Positions 25,058-36,204 of a stretch of 64,000 nucleotides of DNA are shown here, piece after piece. The stretch spans positions 62,001-126,000 of the forward strand of contig CDMY01000897.1 of assembly GCA_001179505.1 (NCBI GenBank), in the 5' to 3' direction. The position numbers and the translations under genes were made by a program. Below the pieces are notes generated by a model that did no database searches, was not told the origin of the DNA, and saw only the letters and a list, made by a program, of their open reading frames with translations. This DNA comes from Vitrella brassicaformis CCMP3155 (lineage: Eukaryota; Protista; Chromerida). Numbering within the stretch: position 1 is the stretch's first letter; each line of letters starts with the position of its first letter.

Positions 25058-26382
25058 TGATGGGGGCAACGGAGACACACACATATGCTGATCAACTCTA
25101 GTCAAAGGTGTGGTCCTACTACAGTACTCGCCCACCCACCCACCCACCCATCAATGTAGGCACAAACTCAAGAATGCGGGATCCAACAACGCACACCAAT
25201 GTGTGTGTGAGCTGCGCCTGCTGTGAGACGTGGCATAATACCAACCCACCCCGCCTCACCCATCCATCCATCACAGTGAAGTGTGTGTCTCTCAGGAGGC
25301 GGATGGAGCGTCATCAGCGTCAGAGGTAGCTCACACACACACGCTCAACCTTCGGTGTCTCTCTTTTTGTGTGTGTGTGTGTCAGCGAGCCTGATTTCGC
25401 CTCAGCAACTCGATCGAGTATGAGTGGATCGGCCGGAGTTCTGCCGCATCCAGGGTCGCGAGATGAACCCATTCGAGCTAGCCTATGTGATCAACTACCT
25501 CCAGCGGTCAACCTAGTGGCGCAAGCACATTCTCCCACATGTTACGTGGACGTCAATCATGTTGTGTTTCTGTTTAGAGTATATGCAAGACGGCTACAAT
25601 AACTGCAAGAGAGGAGGCGGCGGCGAAAGTGTAAGAGCCAGTCAGGAAAGAGACATTCATGAGATGCTTTCCAGTGCGGCCTTTCTGTGTCTCCAGTGCG
25701 GCGCCACCAGCAGCAGTAGTTCCTGCTTCTGACCGACAGAAAAACCACAACGACGGAGAAGAAGGTACGTAACCACACCCACACACACGAAGCAGGGAGG
25801 GGTGCATCCATATGAATGTGGCGCTGTGTGTCTGTGTGTGTAAGTGTGTGTGTGTGTGTGAGTGATTTCGAGACGAGTGATGAACTGCCAGAGATGAACC
25901 AGCGTCGATGACAGTCACAGACTGACGAATCCATGACGACTTCCGTACTGGTGCACATGTCAAGTCAACACACACACATGACGTCTCCTCTATCGATCCT
26001 AATTAACTACGCACTCTCTCTTGATGACATCGCTATTCAGTCAGTGATCCAGAACTTCTTGTCTATCTATCTACACGCAAGTCAGGCAGGGCAATTAAGG
26101 CAGAAAGAAGTAACTGAGAGAGAGAGAGAGACACGGACAGATAAAGGGCTGACTGTAACGAATAAACCGGACGAGGATCATCTCATCTAAGCAGCCATTC
26201 ACCCACCCACCCACCCACCCACCCATCAACCCACCCACCCACCCAACACACCCCACCCCACCCAACACACTGAACCGGTCCGCGCACAGCACACGCAACC
26301 AACACATATATACACATAGACAGTCAGACACACTCGCTCTCTCCGTCGTCGTCTCGCGCTGGTGAAGTCCTTATCAATCATC

Positions 26383-29300
26383 TCATCTCCCCCTCGGCTG
26401 GCCATGGCCGTGCTCAGGGAACACCCGCACCGTCTGCGTCATGCCCTCGGCGGCGAACAGGAAATCACCACCCTGGTCGAAAAACAGCGAATGCTGCGGC
26501 CGGCCAGGTGCAGTGTGAGGGTGGGACTGCTGGGAGATCGCCGGCGTCACTCTGGCGCGGGTGGGAGCGTGGGAGTCGTGTGCAGACGCTTCGGCGGGGG
26601 TCTGCATGCCGTGGGTGAGCAGGGGCTGCAGGTCGCTCTCGTCTGTTGCCGAACGACGATGGAGCCGCTTGTGTGGCTGATGCTGCTGTGGGTGGGCGGG
26701 CGGGATGCCAGGCAGAGGGCCGACGTGGTCCTCTGCAGTTGTGGCCGACGTGTACTCGTCGTGCGGTGTGGCGGGCTCGCTGGCACAGGCCTCCTCGTCG
26801 ATGCAGGAATCGAAACAACCCTTGAGGCAGCACACGGTACCCACAAAGATGACGAAGCCCATCAGCTGCAGCGCCAAGATGCTCTCGACGGCCAGCTCTC
26901 CCGACAGCCGATGGATGAAGCGGCTCGCACTGCCCCTCTCACGCACACGCACCTCACGGACCTGAACCAGCCGAAGGACACAGACAGAGAGCATAGCCAC
27001 ACATGCGGTGTGCTGGCTGCACATATGGCCGTGGAGCATCCATCCCACCTGCATGAGTGCCTCCATTTCCCTCTGCTTCTCCGTTTGATGCCGCGTGCGC
27101 GCGAGCGGCTGGTGCACCAACGACACGGAGGGGGGAGAGCCGTGCTCCACCAGCACTGTCACGTAGTTCATGCCGCGGGCCAGCCTGCACACAGACAGAC
27201 AGACACACACCCACAGAGAGAGACACACATGCAATGCGGCGATGGGTGGTTTTGGCAGTGGTGGCACGTACCAATCTGGTGGGATTTTCATCTCGTGTAG
27301 CTCTTGTAGCTCCTCGTGTTGCCGCTGCTGCTCGTCACTCTCATCATCAGGAGAGACGTCTTGACTGTTTTCGTAGGGCGAAGAAATGGCAGTTATCGAC
27401 CCATGGTGGCCTGAACCAACACGCACACAGACACGGCAACAGAGACCTTTGTCCGCACTGAGCCCACTGGTATCGCCTCACTGACCGATAAGCCTGTCGC
27501 TGCACCAAACTTGCCCAACAAAGGTGCCGTTGACCCGCAGGAAGTACCGCCCGTTCATCACGTTCGGCGTGTGCGGCACGTGAAATGAGTAATGCGACCA
27601 CACCATCGCCGACCCCTCACCGCCCCCTCCCCCTCGCCCCCCATGCAGCCCGGCAAAGTGCCACCAATCCGCGACCTTTCTGCCGTCCACACGCACCTTG
27701 CCCCCTCCCAGCCCTGTTCGGTGTATCCTGGGGGCCCTGCCGCTGCTGGTGTGATATGCGACCGGGGGCTCGATTGAGTGCACCACAGAGAGGAAAGCCA
27801 GGTGCCTTGTCGAAGCTGGGATGGCCACGGACAGCTGCACGAACGGCTCGTTCGTGCCGTTGGCCGTCCGCCGTTTGCGTATGGGTGCCGCGAGTGGGGG
27901 AGTGGTGAGGAGGAGGGAGGTGTTGGTGAAGATGTGCATGTGGGAGAACTGGTTGGTCAGGGGGAGGTCGATCTGCATGATCCGCGCCTTGGGGGAGAGC
28001 CACTGGCGGACAGGAAGATACGTCACGTACCTGGCCACCACACACACACACACACACACACACAGTCCCGTGTGTTTCATCCGCTTCACTGACTGACCAT
28101 AGGTAGTCGGTCTTGCCCCTGGTGACGGCAATCTGGTCGATCATCCCTCCAGCCCGCAGGCCCGCCCTTCCCCCTCCCTCACAGCACTGCCCGTCCTCAC
28201 ACACACGCGGCACCTTCACACCGATCGTCCGCACATCGCCGGGAGGTATCACCTGCTCTGGCAGTAAGTGTGTGGGTGCCAGTGCGTCTTGATAGGGGGA
28301 GGGGAGGATGGCTGGCGGTGAGGAGGGGAGGGGGTCTGTGGTGGCGTAGAGGGCGGTGGGGTCGCTGTTCTTGACCAGCAGGCAAGACCTGATGGCGGAC
28401 GGCACACAGCAGAGTGCCGCGCTCTCCGCGTGGACTTGTGGGTTGGTTCTTACCAGGGGAGGATTGAGTATCGACATTTCCTCCACCACACCCGGACGGG
28501 TGACGTAGCATGGTGGTTGCACAACACGCCATGCGTGTCGCCCCACTCCCACCCAATGCCATACCCCCGACCGCCATAGAGCACCCTGCCCCTCACAGAC
28601 GCATGTGCGCCTCCCTTGCGAGTGGTGCCGTTGTTGCTGGCCTCAAGATGCTGCTGCTGGAGGTGTCTGGCGATCGACGGCATGTACTTGGATATAAGGG
28701 TCGGTGGAGGGGGGAGAGAGTCAAGAAGGATCCACTCGAGTGTGTAGTGGAGGTAGGCCGCGTGTGAATACGCCTCCGTGGGCTCGGTGTACTCGTCGAC
28801 AAGTCTGAAACGATGCGAGATGTCCGCTTGCCAGAGGCAGGCAGCCGTGGTGTGGGTGTGTGTGTCGTTACGTGTGTGTGTCGTATATCACTGCAGCGCC
28901 TCCCCTGGCGACAAAGCGCATCGACGCGAAGGCACGGTCCTCGCCAGAGTACTCCAAGCCATCTGCACACACCAAGAGCCGGTCCGGTTCCACATACGAG
29001 TGTTTCGTCTGTGCTCGCCTGTTTGCCTACCGTCTGTCGGCCACTGATCCAGCCACAGACAGGGCGTCCCCCGCTCTGAAAACAGACAGGCCATGTGCAT
29101 CATCATCACACGAAAAGCTGCGTGCCGTGAATTCCTTTACTTATGCAGACGTCCTGCAGCCAGTCGCCTGTGACACCATGGTGACTCCCGGGGTAGGGTG
29201 CGCCCGGCCCGCCACAGTATCGTCCGACGCACGACGGCACGTAAGGCCCAAAGCGACTGACAAGACAAGGGCGGCCATGCAGCTCGTCGTCGCTGTTGTA

Positions 29301-30459
29301 GTACCTACCTTTTGTTTCCGAAGAGTGTCTTGGCGTGTCCGCTTCTCTCGCAGTGGAGGGGCCAGTCGAGCGCCCAGATGACACCCAGGTCCTTCCCATG
29401 ACGGGCGGGCAGAGATGCCAGCCACTTGACGTAATCTCTGCACACACAAGCAGACAGACTCATTGAATGAGAACCGCTGTCTGCAATGCAATGGGCCGCT
29501 CTCACTCTCACTCACTCACCGTTTCGCTGTGGCGCATCCTCTGATATGGCTCAGCCGCATCATGACGATGGGCCCGCCGTGTTTGGCGCTGTCGTCCCTG
29601 ACGATGGCCGTAAGCTCCCTTACCCACCGCTCCAGCCGATGAACCCACGGCAGACTAAACGAGTGGAAACGAAGCGCCGGCCGCACGTACTGCACCACAC
29701 ACACCGGAGCAGAGACAACAGGAGCAGAGACAACAGTGCTAATGTGATTGATGCACACAGATGGACTGAAGTAAGTGTGTCGTGGGCCGTGGCAGTCCAG
29801 TGCAGTGGGGTGTGGATGTCTAACAACTAACCTGTAGCCAGAGGGGCATGCCGCCGAAGGTTCTGTCTGATATGGGAGAGAAGTCAGGGCCGATATGCAG
29901 GATGACATACAGCGAGAAGGAGGCCGCCACGCGTAGGAAGTGGGCCAAGCGGGATGTGTGCAGCGTCTGGGTGCCATTCCACGGCTGGTGGTAGCCCCAG
30001 TACACACGAGTCTGACACGGACAGACAGACAGACAGACAGCTGTTCTTGATTTGATAAATAGACACGTACATGCACCTCTTTACCTGCACGACATTGCTC
30101 CCCATCCCCTTGGCGGCTTCAAGAGCCTTCTCCACCTCGCCCTCACTCACCCCGGCATACTCGACTGTCGCACCTATCAGCAGTGTCCGCACGCCGCCAA
30201 TCGACACATAAGGCGACGCCGCGCTGACGTTCACCGCGTAGCCGCCACTGTGGCCGTCCGTGTGGTTCACACGCGCCTTGTACCGCACCAGTGTGGGCGA
30301 CGGCCGTGAGCAGCCGGAGGGGGACGATGAATGTGCGGACCGCAACCCCGGTAGGTGCGGCCGGATGACCGGCTGCTGTGCTGCGACAAGGGTGACGAGC
30401 AGCAGGGCAAAGCCGGGGAGGGACAGCATGCTGCGCGAGCCCGGTGCTTCATTCATCAT
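26383..30459 (-). CDS. GH35 beta-galactosidase-like type I membrane protein (signal peptide, GH35 TIM barrel and beta domains, TM helix, cytoplasmic tail); catalytic residues apparently lost
   Basis: Signal MLSLPGFALLLVTLVAAQ. GH35 landmarks: NVVQTRVYWGYHQP, FLRVAASFSLYVILHIGP, GGMPLWL, GGPIVMM, DYVKWLA, EDRAFASMRFVARGG, TDYLW, LRVNGTFVGQVW, IPPDWLARGMNYVTVLVEHG. TM ILALQLMGFVIFVGTVCCL. Stop at 26383. Confidence 0.8.
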
Positions 30460-30892
30460 GCTATTCACAGTGGCGGGTCGGGTAGAAGAGACGACACGAG
30501 AGGCTATATCCGATCAAGCATCGTCCTTTCAACCATTCTGGCTTCCTTCCGTGCCAGATCTCATTCCCGCAGCAGCGGTTTCAGGGAGCGCCAGGTCCCA
30601 TTTTAGCTCGCAGAGGAGGGAGAGAGGGGGAAGGAGAGAGAAGAGGAGAGAGTTCGATCCCGGCACTCGGCGATCACGTCAGCTCCGAGTGCCGGGTGGC
30701 TTTCATCTGAACAATTGAGGCCAGAGAGCAGGCACAAGTGTGTGCTCTGCCTGCTGCAGAACCATCGCTAAGTCGATGTCACTTATTGATTGAGGTGCGC
30801 ATCGGTCAGAGAGAGCCAAGTTTCATGTATGTCGATATAGTATGTCTGTGTGAGATGTGTGTGTGAGTGCAGGGCGCGTGAGTGGCCACTCC

Positions 30893-32692
30893 ATGACTGC
30901 CAGTGCACACGGCCAGCCACCACACGACTTCGTGCCACTCGAGGATGTCGAAATCCTCCACAGCTGCATGGATCCCGCCCCCAGCAATGCGACAAGGCGG
31001 CTGGCCGAGGGCATCATCTACAGAACCTTCACCCATCAGCAGCAAGTGACGGACCTCATACAACAGCATGGCGCTCGCGCAAACGCCTCAATCGAGCTGC
31101 CGATGCGGGGCTGCAGCGGTGGCTGGGCCTACTATCTCCTGTCGCTCACCATTGACAACCTCAGCGACAACACGATGCCGACCATCGCGGCAACTGATGA
31201 GGCGCACACGCCAGGAGCTATTCGCCAGCGGCCCGTGATCCTCCCCCGGTGGCCATCTCCTCAGCTGGAGGCGGCCATCATGAACGCGCTTATCGACAGC
31301 GGCGCCGACGTGAATGGGCCGGCTGGTGGCGAACAACTGCCAATCAGGATAGCAATCCGGGCGGGCAATGAGGGGGCCCTTAGCGTGCTCTTGGCGCGCA
31401 ACGCTGCGGTGCGTTGGAATGACCATCGTCATCCCACCGTCATGGATCTTCCCCACACCGGCGAACATCTCGGCTACAAGGTGCCCCCCGCCTACGAGCA
31501 GCGGCTGCTTTCAGTCTACCGGCGGCTCATCCAACACGACCCCACACTCGCCACCGTGCAGGACCACATCGGCCGCAATCTGATCCACTCGGCAGCCCAC
31601 GACGAGCGATGGAATTATTCGCAGGCCTTCATCGACTCATATTTGGACCTGCTGGTGGCCAATGGGGCGAATCCGATGGCGATGAGCACCAATGGATGGA
31701 CGGCTCTTCACGATGCCGCCTACATATGGGAGAATGAACTCGATGATCCCTACGACAGCTCCCCCTGTGTGGTGGATTATGTGGGGCGCCACGTGCCTGC
31801 TGAATTCGTCAACAGAGAGATACACGGCGGTGAGACGGCGCTGTCTCTCGCCGCCGAACAGCTTGAATGGGCGATTGCGGTGCCGCAAGATGACGATGCA
31901 GACCAATACATCAGGGAGCGAGCCACTCGCAAGATACCCCTTCACGAGGCCACCATCCGCAATTTGCTGAGATGCGGGGCCGACATCAGCTTCTTAGCTA
32001 ATCGGCCGCCGTCCCCCTACATCTACATCAGCTACTTGGCTAATCGGCCGCCACCCCGGGAGCTGGTGCTGCCCCAGTACACGGCGGTGCTCAACGAGGT
32101 GCCCGCTGCGGCGATGGCAGCCGTGAACGCGGCGCTGCGGCCGCAGCGGTCGTTGGCCGCCCTGCTGACGCACCTGCTGCCCCACGTGGCGCACAACGAC
32201 GGCGAAGACCCCGCCCCCTCGCCCCTCTCATTCGGACCACACGAGTCGGCCGCCATCGGCTGGAAGATCGCCGCTTTCTGCCTCGACATGGAGGCCGCCC
32301 ACGAGGCCATCACCCGCACACTCACCGTCCGCAACAGCGACTTCGCCCGCCGCGTATGTGGGGCCGTCGAACGCTTCGTCAAGTCGGCGCTGAGCGCGAG
32401 CGGCAACCAGGAGGTGGTGGGCGGCACGGCCAATGTGGACGGCGTGACGGTGCGCGTGCCGCTGCAGTGCTTCGCTGTCAATGGAGGGCAGCAGGGCGGC
32501 CATCGTATGGTGGGCGTGCGTGAGGTGGTGCACAGGGCGCGGCTGGACGAGGCGGCCCGACACGGCATCGAGGGGGCGTCCATCGCCAAGGGCTTCAACG
32601 AGCAGCTGGCGAATGCCGACTGCCAATTCCTGTGGCAGCAGCTGCGGCGCGTCGACGGGCGGGGACGATTCGTGACCCTCGACATCAACTGA
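30893..32692 (+). CDS. Intronless ankyrin-repeat protein (~600 aa) with an unrecognised C-terminal domain
   Basis: Single uninterrupted ORF with ankyrin-like units GADVNG...LPIRIAIRAGNEGALSVLL, GRNLIHSAA, GANPMAMSTNGWTALHDAA and GETALSLAAE...LLRCGADI. Confidence 0.85.
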   Translation: MTASAHGQPPHDFVPLEDVEILHSCMDPAPSNATRRLAEGIIYRTFTHQQQVTDLIQQHGARANASIELPMRGCSGGWAYYLLSLTIDNLSDNTMPTIAATDEAHTPGAIRQRPVILPRWPSPQLEAAIMNALIDSGADVNGPAGGEQLPIRIAIRAGNEGALSVLLARNAAVRWNDHRHPTVMDLPHTGEHLGYKVPPAYEQRLLSVYRRLIQHDPTLATVQDHIGRNLIHSAAHDERWNYSQAFIDSYLDLLVANGANPMAMSTNGWTALHDAAYIWENELDDPYDSSPCVVDYVGRHVPAEFVNREIHGGETALSLAAEQLEWAIAVPQDDDADQYIRERATRKIPLHEATIRNLLRCGADISFLANRPPSPYIYISYLANRPPPRELVLPQYTAVLNEVPAAAMAAVNAALRPQRSLAALLTHLLPHVAHNDGEDPAPSPLSFGPHESAAIGWKIAAFCLDMEAAHEAITRTLTVRNSDFARRVCGAVERFVKSALSASGNQEVVGGTANVDGVTVRVPLQCFAVNGGQQGGHRMVGVREVVHRARLDEAARHGIEGASIAKGFNEQLANADCQFLWQQLRRVDGRGRFVTLDIN

Positions 32693-33169
32693 GGAGGCTG
32701 GGGGGGATGGGGGGCATTTTTAGCTGCCGACTCATCGTGTGAGAGAGGCTGGCACAAGCCGATGCTATCAGAGGAAGCGAGACCTCAAAGAGAGAGGGAG
32801 GAACGCCTGTAGTCGGACGAGAAATGACGTCTGTCATCACTGTGTTCGCCTGGTCGGCCTAGCTGTGTGTGCGCGGATGCTCATTCATTGGATGTGACTC
32901 AACTCCACGTGTGAGACGTATGAGTGCTCGCGCTAAGAGGGTTTGACGGCCACACACAGGTTCGCGCATTGCTATGAGTCGACACTTCCTTCACACGCAC
33001 CCACCCTGACGACGCCAAATACACGGGTGCCTCGACAATGTCCCTTTTGCAATGTGTGATTGATTATCTACAGTCTCTGCACAAGCAGCACGCCTCGCCC
33101 GGCGCGCCAACAGCTCAGCTCAGTCACTATGTACAAGCATGCACTGGCAGATCCTGACAGACTCCCTAG

Positions 33170-34339
33170 CTAGAGCTGATCTCCCTTACGAGCCGCTAGA
33201 ACCGTCTCGCGCGATGCCAGCGACTGATTCAGGAACTTCTCTAAGAAGGCCTCCACCTGCACCCACACACGCAACGAACAGCATCTTGCTTGACTCATCA
33301 GCGGCCTGCAGTGGCCTGCCTGCCTGTGTGTGTGTGTTGCTGACCATTCATACCATGTCGTCCGAGAATGAGGTGAGTGTGGGGAATGCGACGACAAAGT
33401 CGTCCCGGTCGTTGAAGCAGTGGTGGGATGGGGTGTGTCGGCAGATGGCCCACGGGTAGGCGTTGATCCAACGCTGAGGCACAAGACGCACCTGCACAGC
33501 ACACCACACACACACATCAGCCAGCCCCATGATGCGCATCCCGTCCGTCCATGTCATCATGTGGCCATACAAACCTGTGTGGGATACTCCAGCTCGTCCC
33601 ATGAGGCGGGCCGCCATGGATTCCCCCCGTTGATCTTCGACAGGTCGTACATCTGCAGGCCGGCGCTGCCCGTGCTGCTGTCCTGCCGCAGGGGCAGCGG
33701 TAGGGGAGGTATTGGCGTCGTTGCCAAAGGGCGAATGAGGTGCCACAAGAGGGAGAACTGGTCTCTGACATTCAATTCACACAGACAGACACCATACACA
33801 GTGGTGGTGATGGTGAGCGGGGTGTGGGGTGGGTGCAGTGCGTGGTCTTGTCTGGTGACCTGACGTACCTGAGGTCGTGTCGCAGGAAAGGGTTGGACGG
33901 CCCATCTGGTCCGTATACCTCTCGCAGGAACTGCTTCGACCAGGGACTGTTGCGGACCAACCAGTTCCCTGCACACACACACACGGCCACCAATGGGATG
34001 GACGAGATGGCCTTTTTGCTTTGCCTGTCTGTCTGTCTGTCTCCGTGCAGGCTCTGCTCCCTCTCACCTCCCGCGAGCCCTCGCCCGTCCTCCGATATCA
34101 GCAGATGCACAGATGGATCCAGCCACGGCCAGCCATCTGACGTGTTGTTGTTGTTGTTGGCCCTCGGTGCGAGATCTTGGCACTGGTGCTTTGCACGGCA
34201 CTGCCGTGCTGCCGCTGGTGTCGCTGGTGGTGGTGTGGCCGTCCCTACAGTGTGGTGGATGAGGAAGTCTATGGTGTGTGTCATGTTGGCGAACATCGAG
34301 TCGCAATCCATCCACAGCAACCAATCGTACGACTCCTGA

Positions 34340-34373
<34 letters not shown>

Positions 34374-34608
34374 TTGGCCCGCCGACAATATTTGGCTGTC
34401 TTGCTGTGTTACCGACCGTCTCCAGGTGGTGCAGGGTGAGTGCAATCGCCCCCCACACAGGATGCCTCTGAGCAGCCGGTGTGGTGGCGCTGCCGTGTGG
34501 TGACGCATGTGGCGGCCTCGATGTGTAGAAATGGTTGGCGTAGCCGTGGAGGGACGTGTAGCCCTCACGGTTGGCCCGGGAGGTGCGGGGAAGGGGCGAA
34601 CCTATCCA

Positions 34609-34642
<34 letters not shown>

Positions 34643-35969
34643 TCCATGCGCTTTGTTGTGGGGGCCCTAGGCTGCCCTGTCTGTGTGTGTGTGTGTGTGT
34701 GTGTGTGGTCTGACTGACCTTCTGGGTATTCACACAGCGTCACCACGCCGATCCGCAAAGAGCCTGAGATGAGCAATCTCGGTGGCTGCTGTGTGTGTGT
34801 GGTGCAATGGATCCCGTCCCATCCCATCCCATCCCCCACCCCTCCCTCGGTCGTCCCTCACTTTTGTAGTCGATGGGTGTGTCCGCCTGCGGCTGGGGCA
34901 GGCCCTCCACCTGGTTGCGGCCCAGCTGAGCTGAAAAGCACCAGCAGTAGCGACAAACAGACAGACAGGTGAGATCAGCTCCATGTGGCTGTAGGTGTGC
35001 TCACAGATGAATACCAGCAAGGGTGAGGTAGTCCTTCATGAAGTCAGACCACTGAATGCCCCACAGATGTCCGCCATCCAGACACTCGAGGCCTGAATGA
35101 AGAGAACCAAGCAGAAGGAAGAAGAAGGAAGGCATCACATCATGGGCGAGGGAGGCGACAGTGGATGTGATGTGTGCAGTGCAAGCCCGCGTGGCGCCTG
35201 ACCCTTATCGGTCCTCGAGGTTTGCCACACCTGGCTCATGGCCAGTTGGTGCAGATTGTGGGCACGCTGGTAGTAACCCTGAACCAACCAACCAACCAAC
35301 CAACGAAGGGGAAAGAAGCACATGTGTGCTGATGATCCATCAATCCCCCCCCACCTGTGCTGTGCCCACCCGTTTTCTGAAGAATGTGGCCAGCCGGTAC
35401 AAGACGGCCGCCAGCGCCATGGGACACGCCAGGGCGGTGGCGGCGTCCATCCCATAACCATCAGCTAACTCCAGCCACACCGACTGCACACACACAGCCC
35501 AACAGACACACACACACACACACACACACAGGCCAGCAAACAGTCAAATGCCTTCACCGTGTTCCTCCTTTGGCCGTGCGCCCACCAGTGCTTCGACGTC
35601 CCTCCCTTGTGCCTCGAGAGCGCTTGCAGTGGCATAGCCGTCACGAAACACCGCCCATCCTGACCGACCAAGGCAGCAGCGCATTGCAATGGCAGATCTG
35701 TCATTGCGGTCCATCAAAATATATGGGCACCTCGGGACCCTGCCCTGTTGCTGCTGCTGCTGTCGCTGTCGCACCGGACAAACAGCCGCTCGCACTCTGA
35801 AACACAATCATACACATCCACACACACGCGGCCATGCATTCATCATTGTCAGTTTTCGCCGCTCACCGTCAATTCCCTTTGATGAGGCTTGATTTGAGGA
35901 GTCAGAAGCAGCATTGGATCTGTGCAGCATCGCGGCCGTGATGAGGAGCAGGGATGGAAGGGAAGTCAT
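33170..35969 (-). CDS. Glycosyltransferase family 34 (MNN10/GMA12-like) with an N-terminal signal/anchor
   Basis: MTSLPSLLLITAAMLHRSNA start. ANREGYTSLHGY, RHPVWGAIAL, YDWLLWMDCDSMFAN (DxD), HLLISEDGRGLAG|GNWLVRNSPWSKQFL, DQFSLLWHL, VRLVPQRWINAY, DFVVAFP. Last exon VEAFLEKFLNQSLASRETVLAARKGDQL*. Exons between 35000 and 35800 are uncertain. Confidence 0.75.
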
Positions 35970-36204
35970 GATCAATTGCACTCGTGTTGGTATGATCTGT
36001 GGGAGATTGGTAGCTGATCCTCGCAGTCCAAGACGCTCTCCACGGCGTCGATGTCCACTCCGATAAGCTCGCACTTGAAAGCTCGCACCCCAAAAGGCAA
36101 CACTCGAGCAGTCCGCCAGCAGTTTCGGCGAGGCATTGAGTTCGCCAGGGCGGTGATTGCCACTCTCAATTCGTTCCGGCTGCTGTGATTCGCCGTCGTG
36201 AGGG

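Noticed and set aside
25090-25110. CTAG|T as a possible Helitron 3' end of locus A
   Set aside because: No upstream hairpin, and no matching terminus at the homologous position of locus B.
25385-25760. Exon-like segment (DRPEFCRIQGREMNPFELAYVINYLQR)
   Set aside because: An in-frame stop lies just upstream and no family was recognised, so it is too weak to call.
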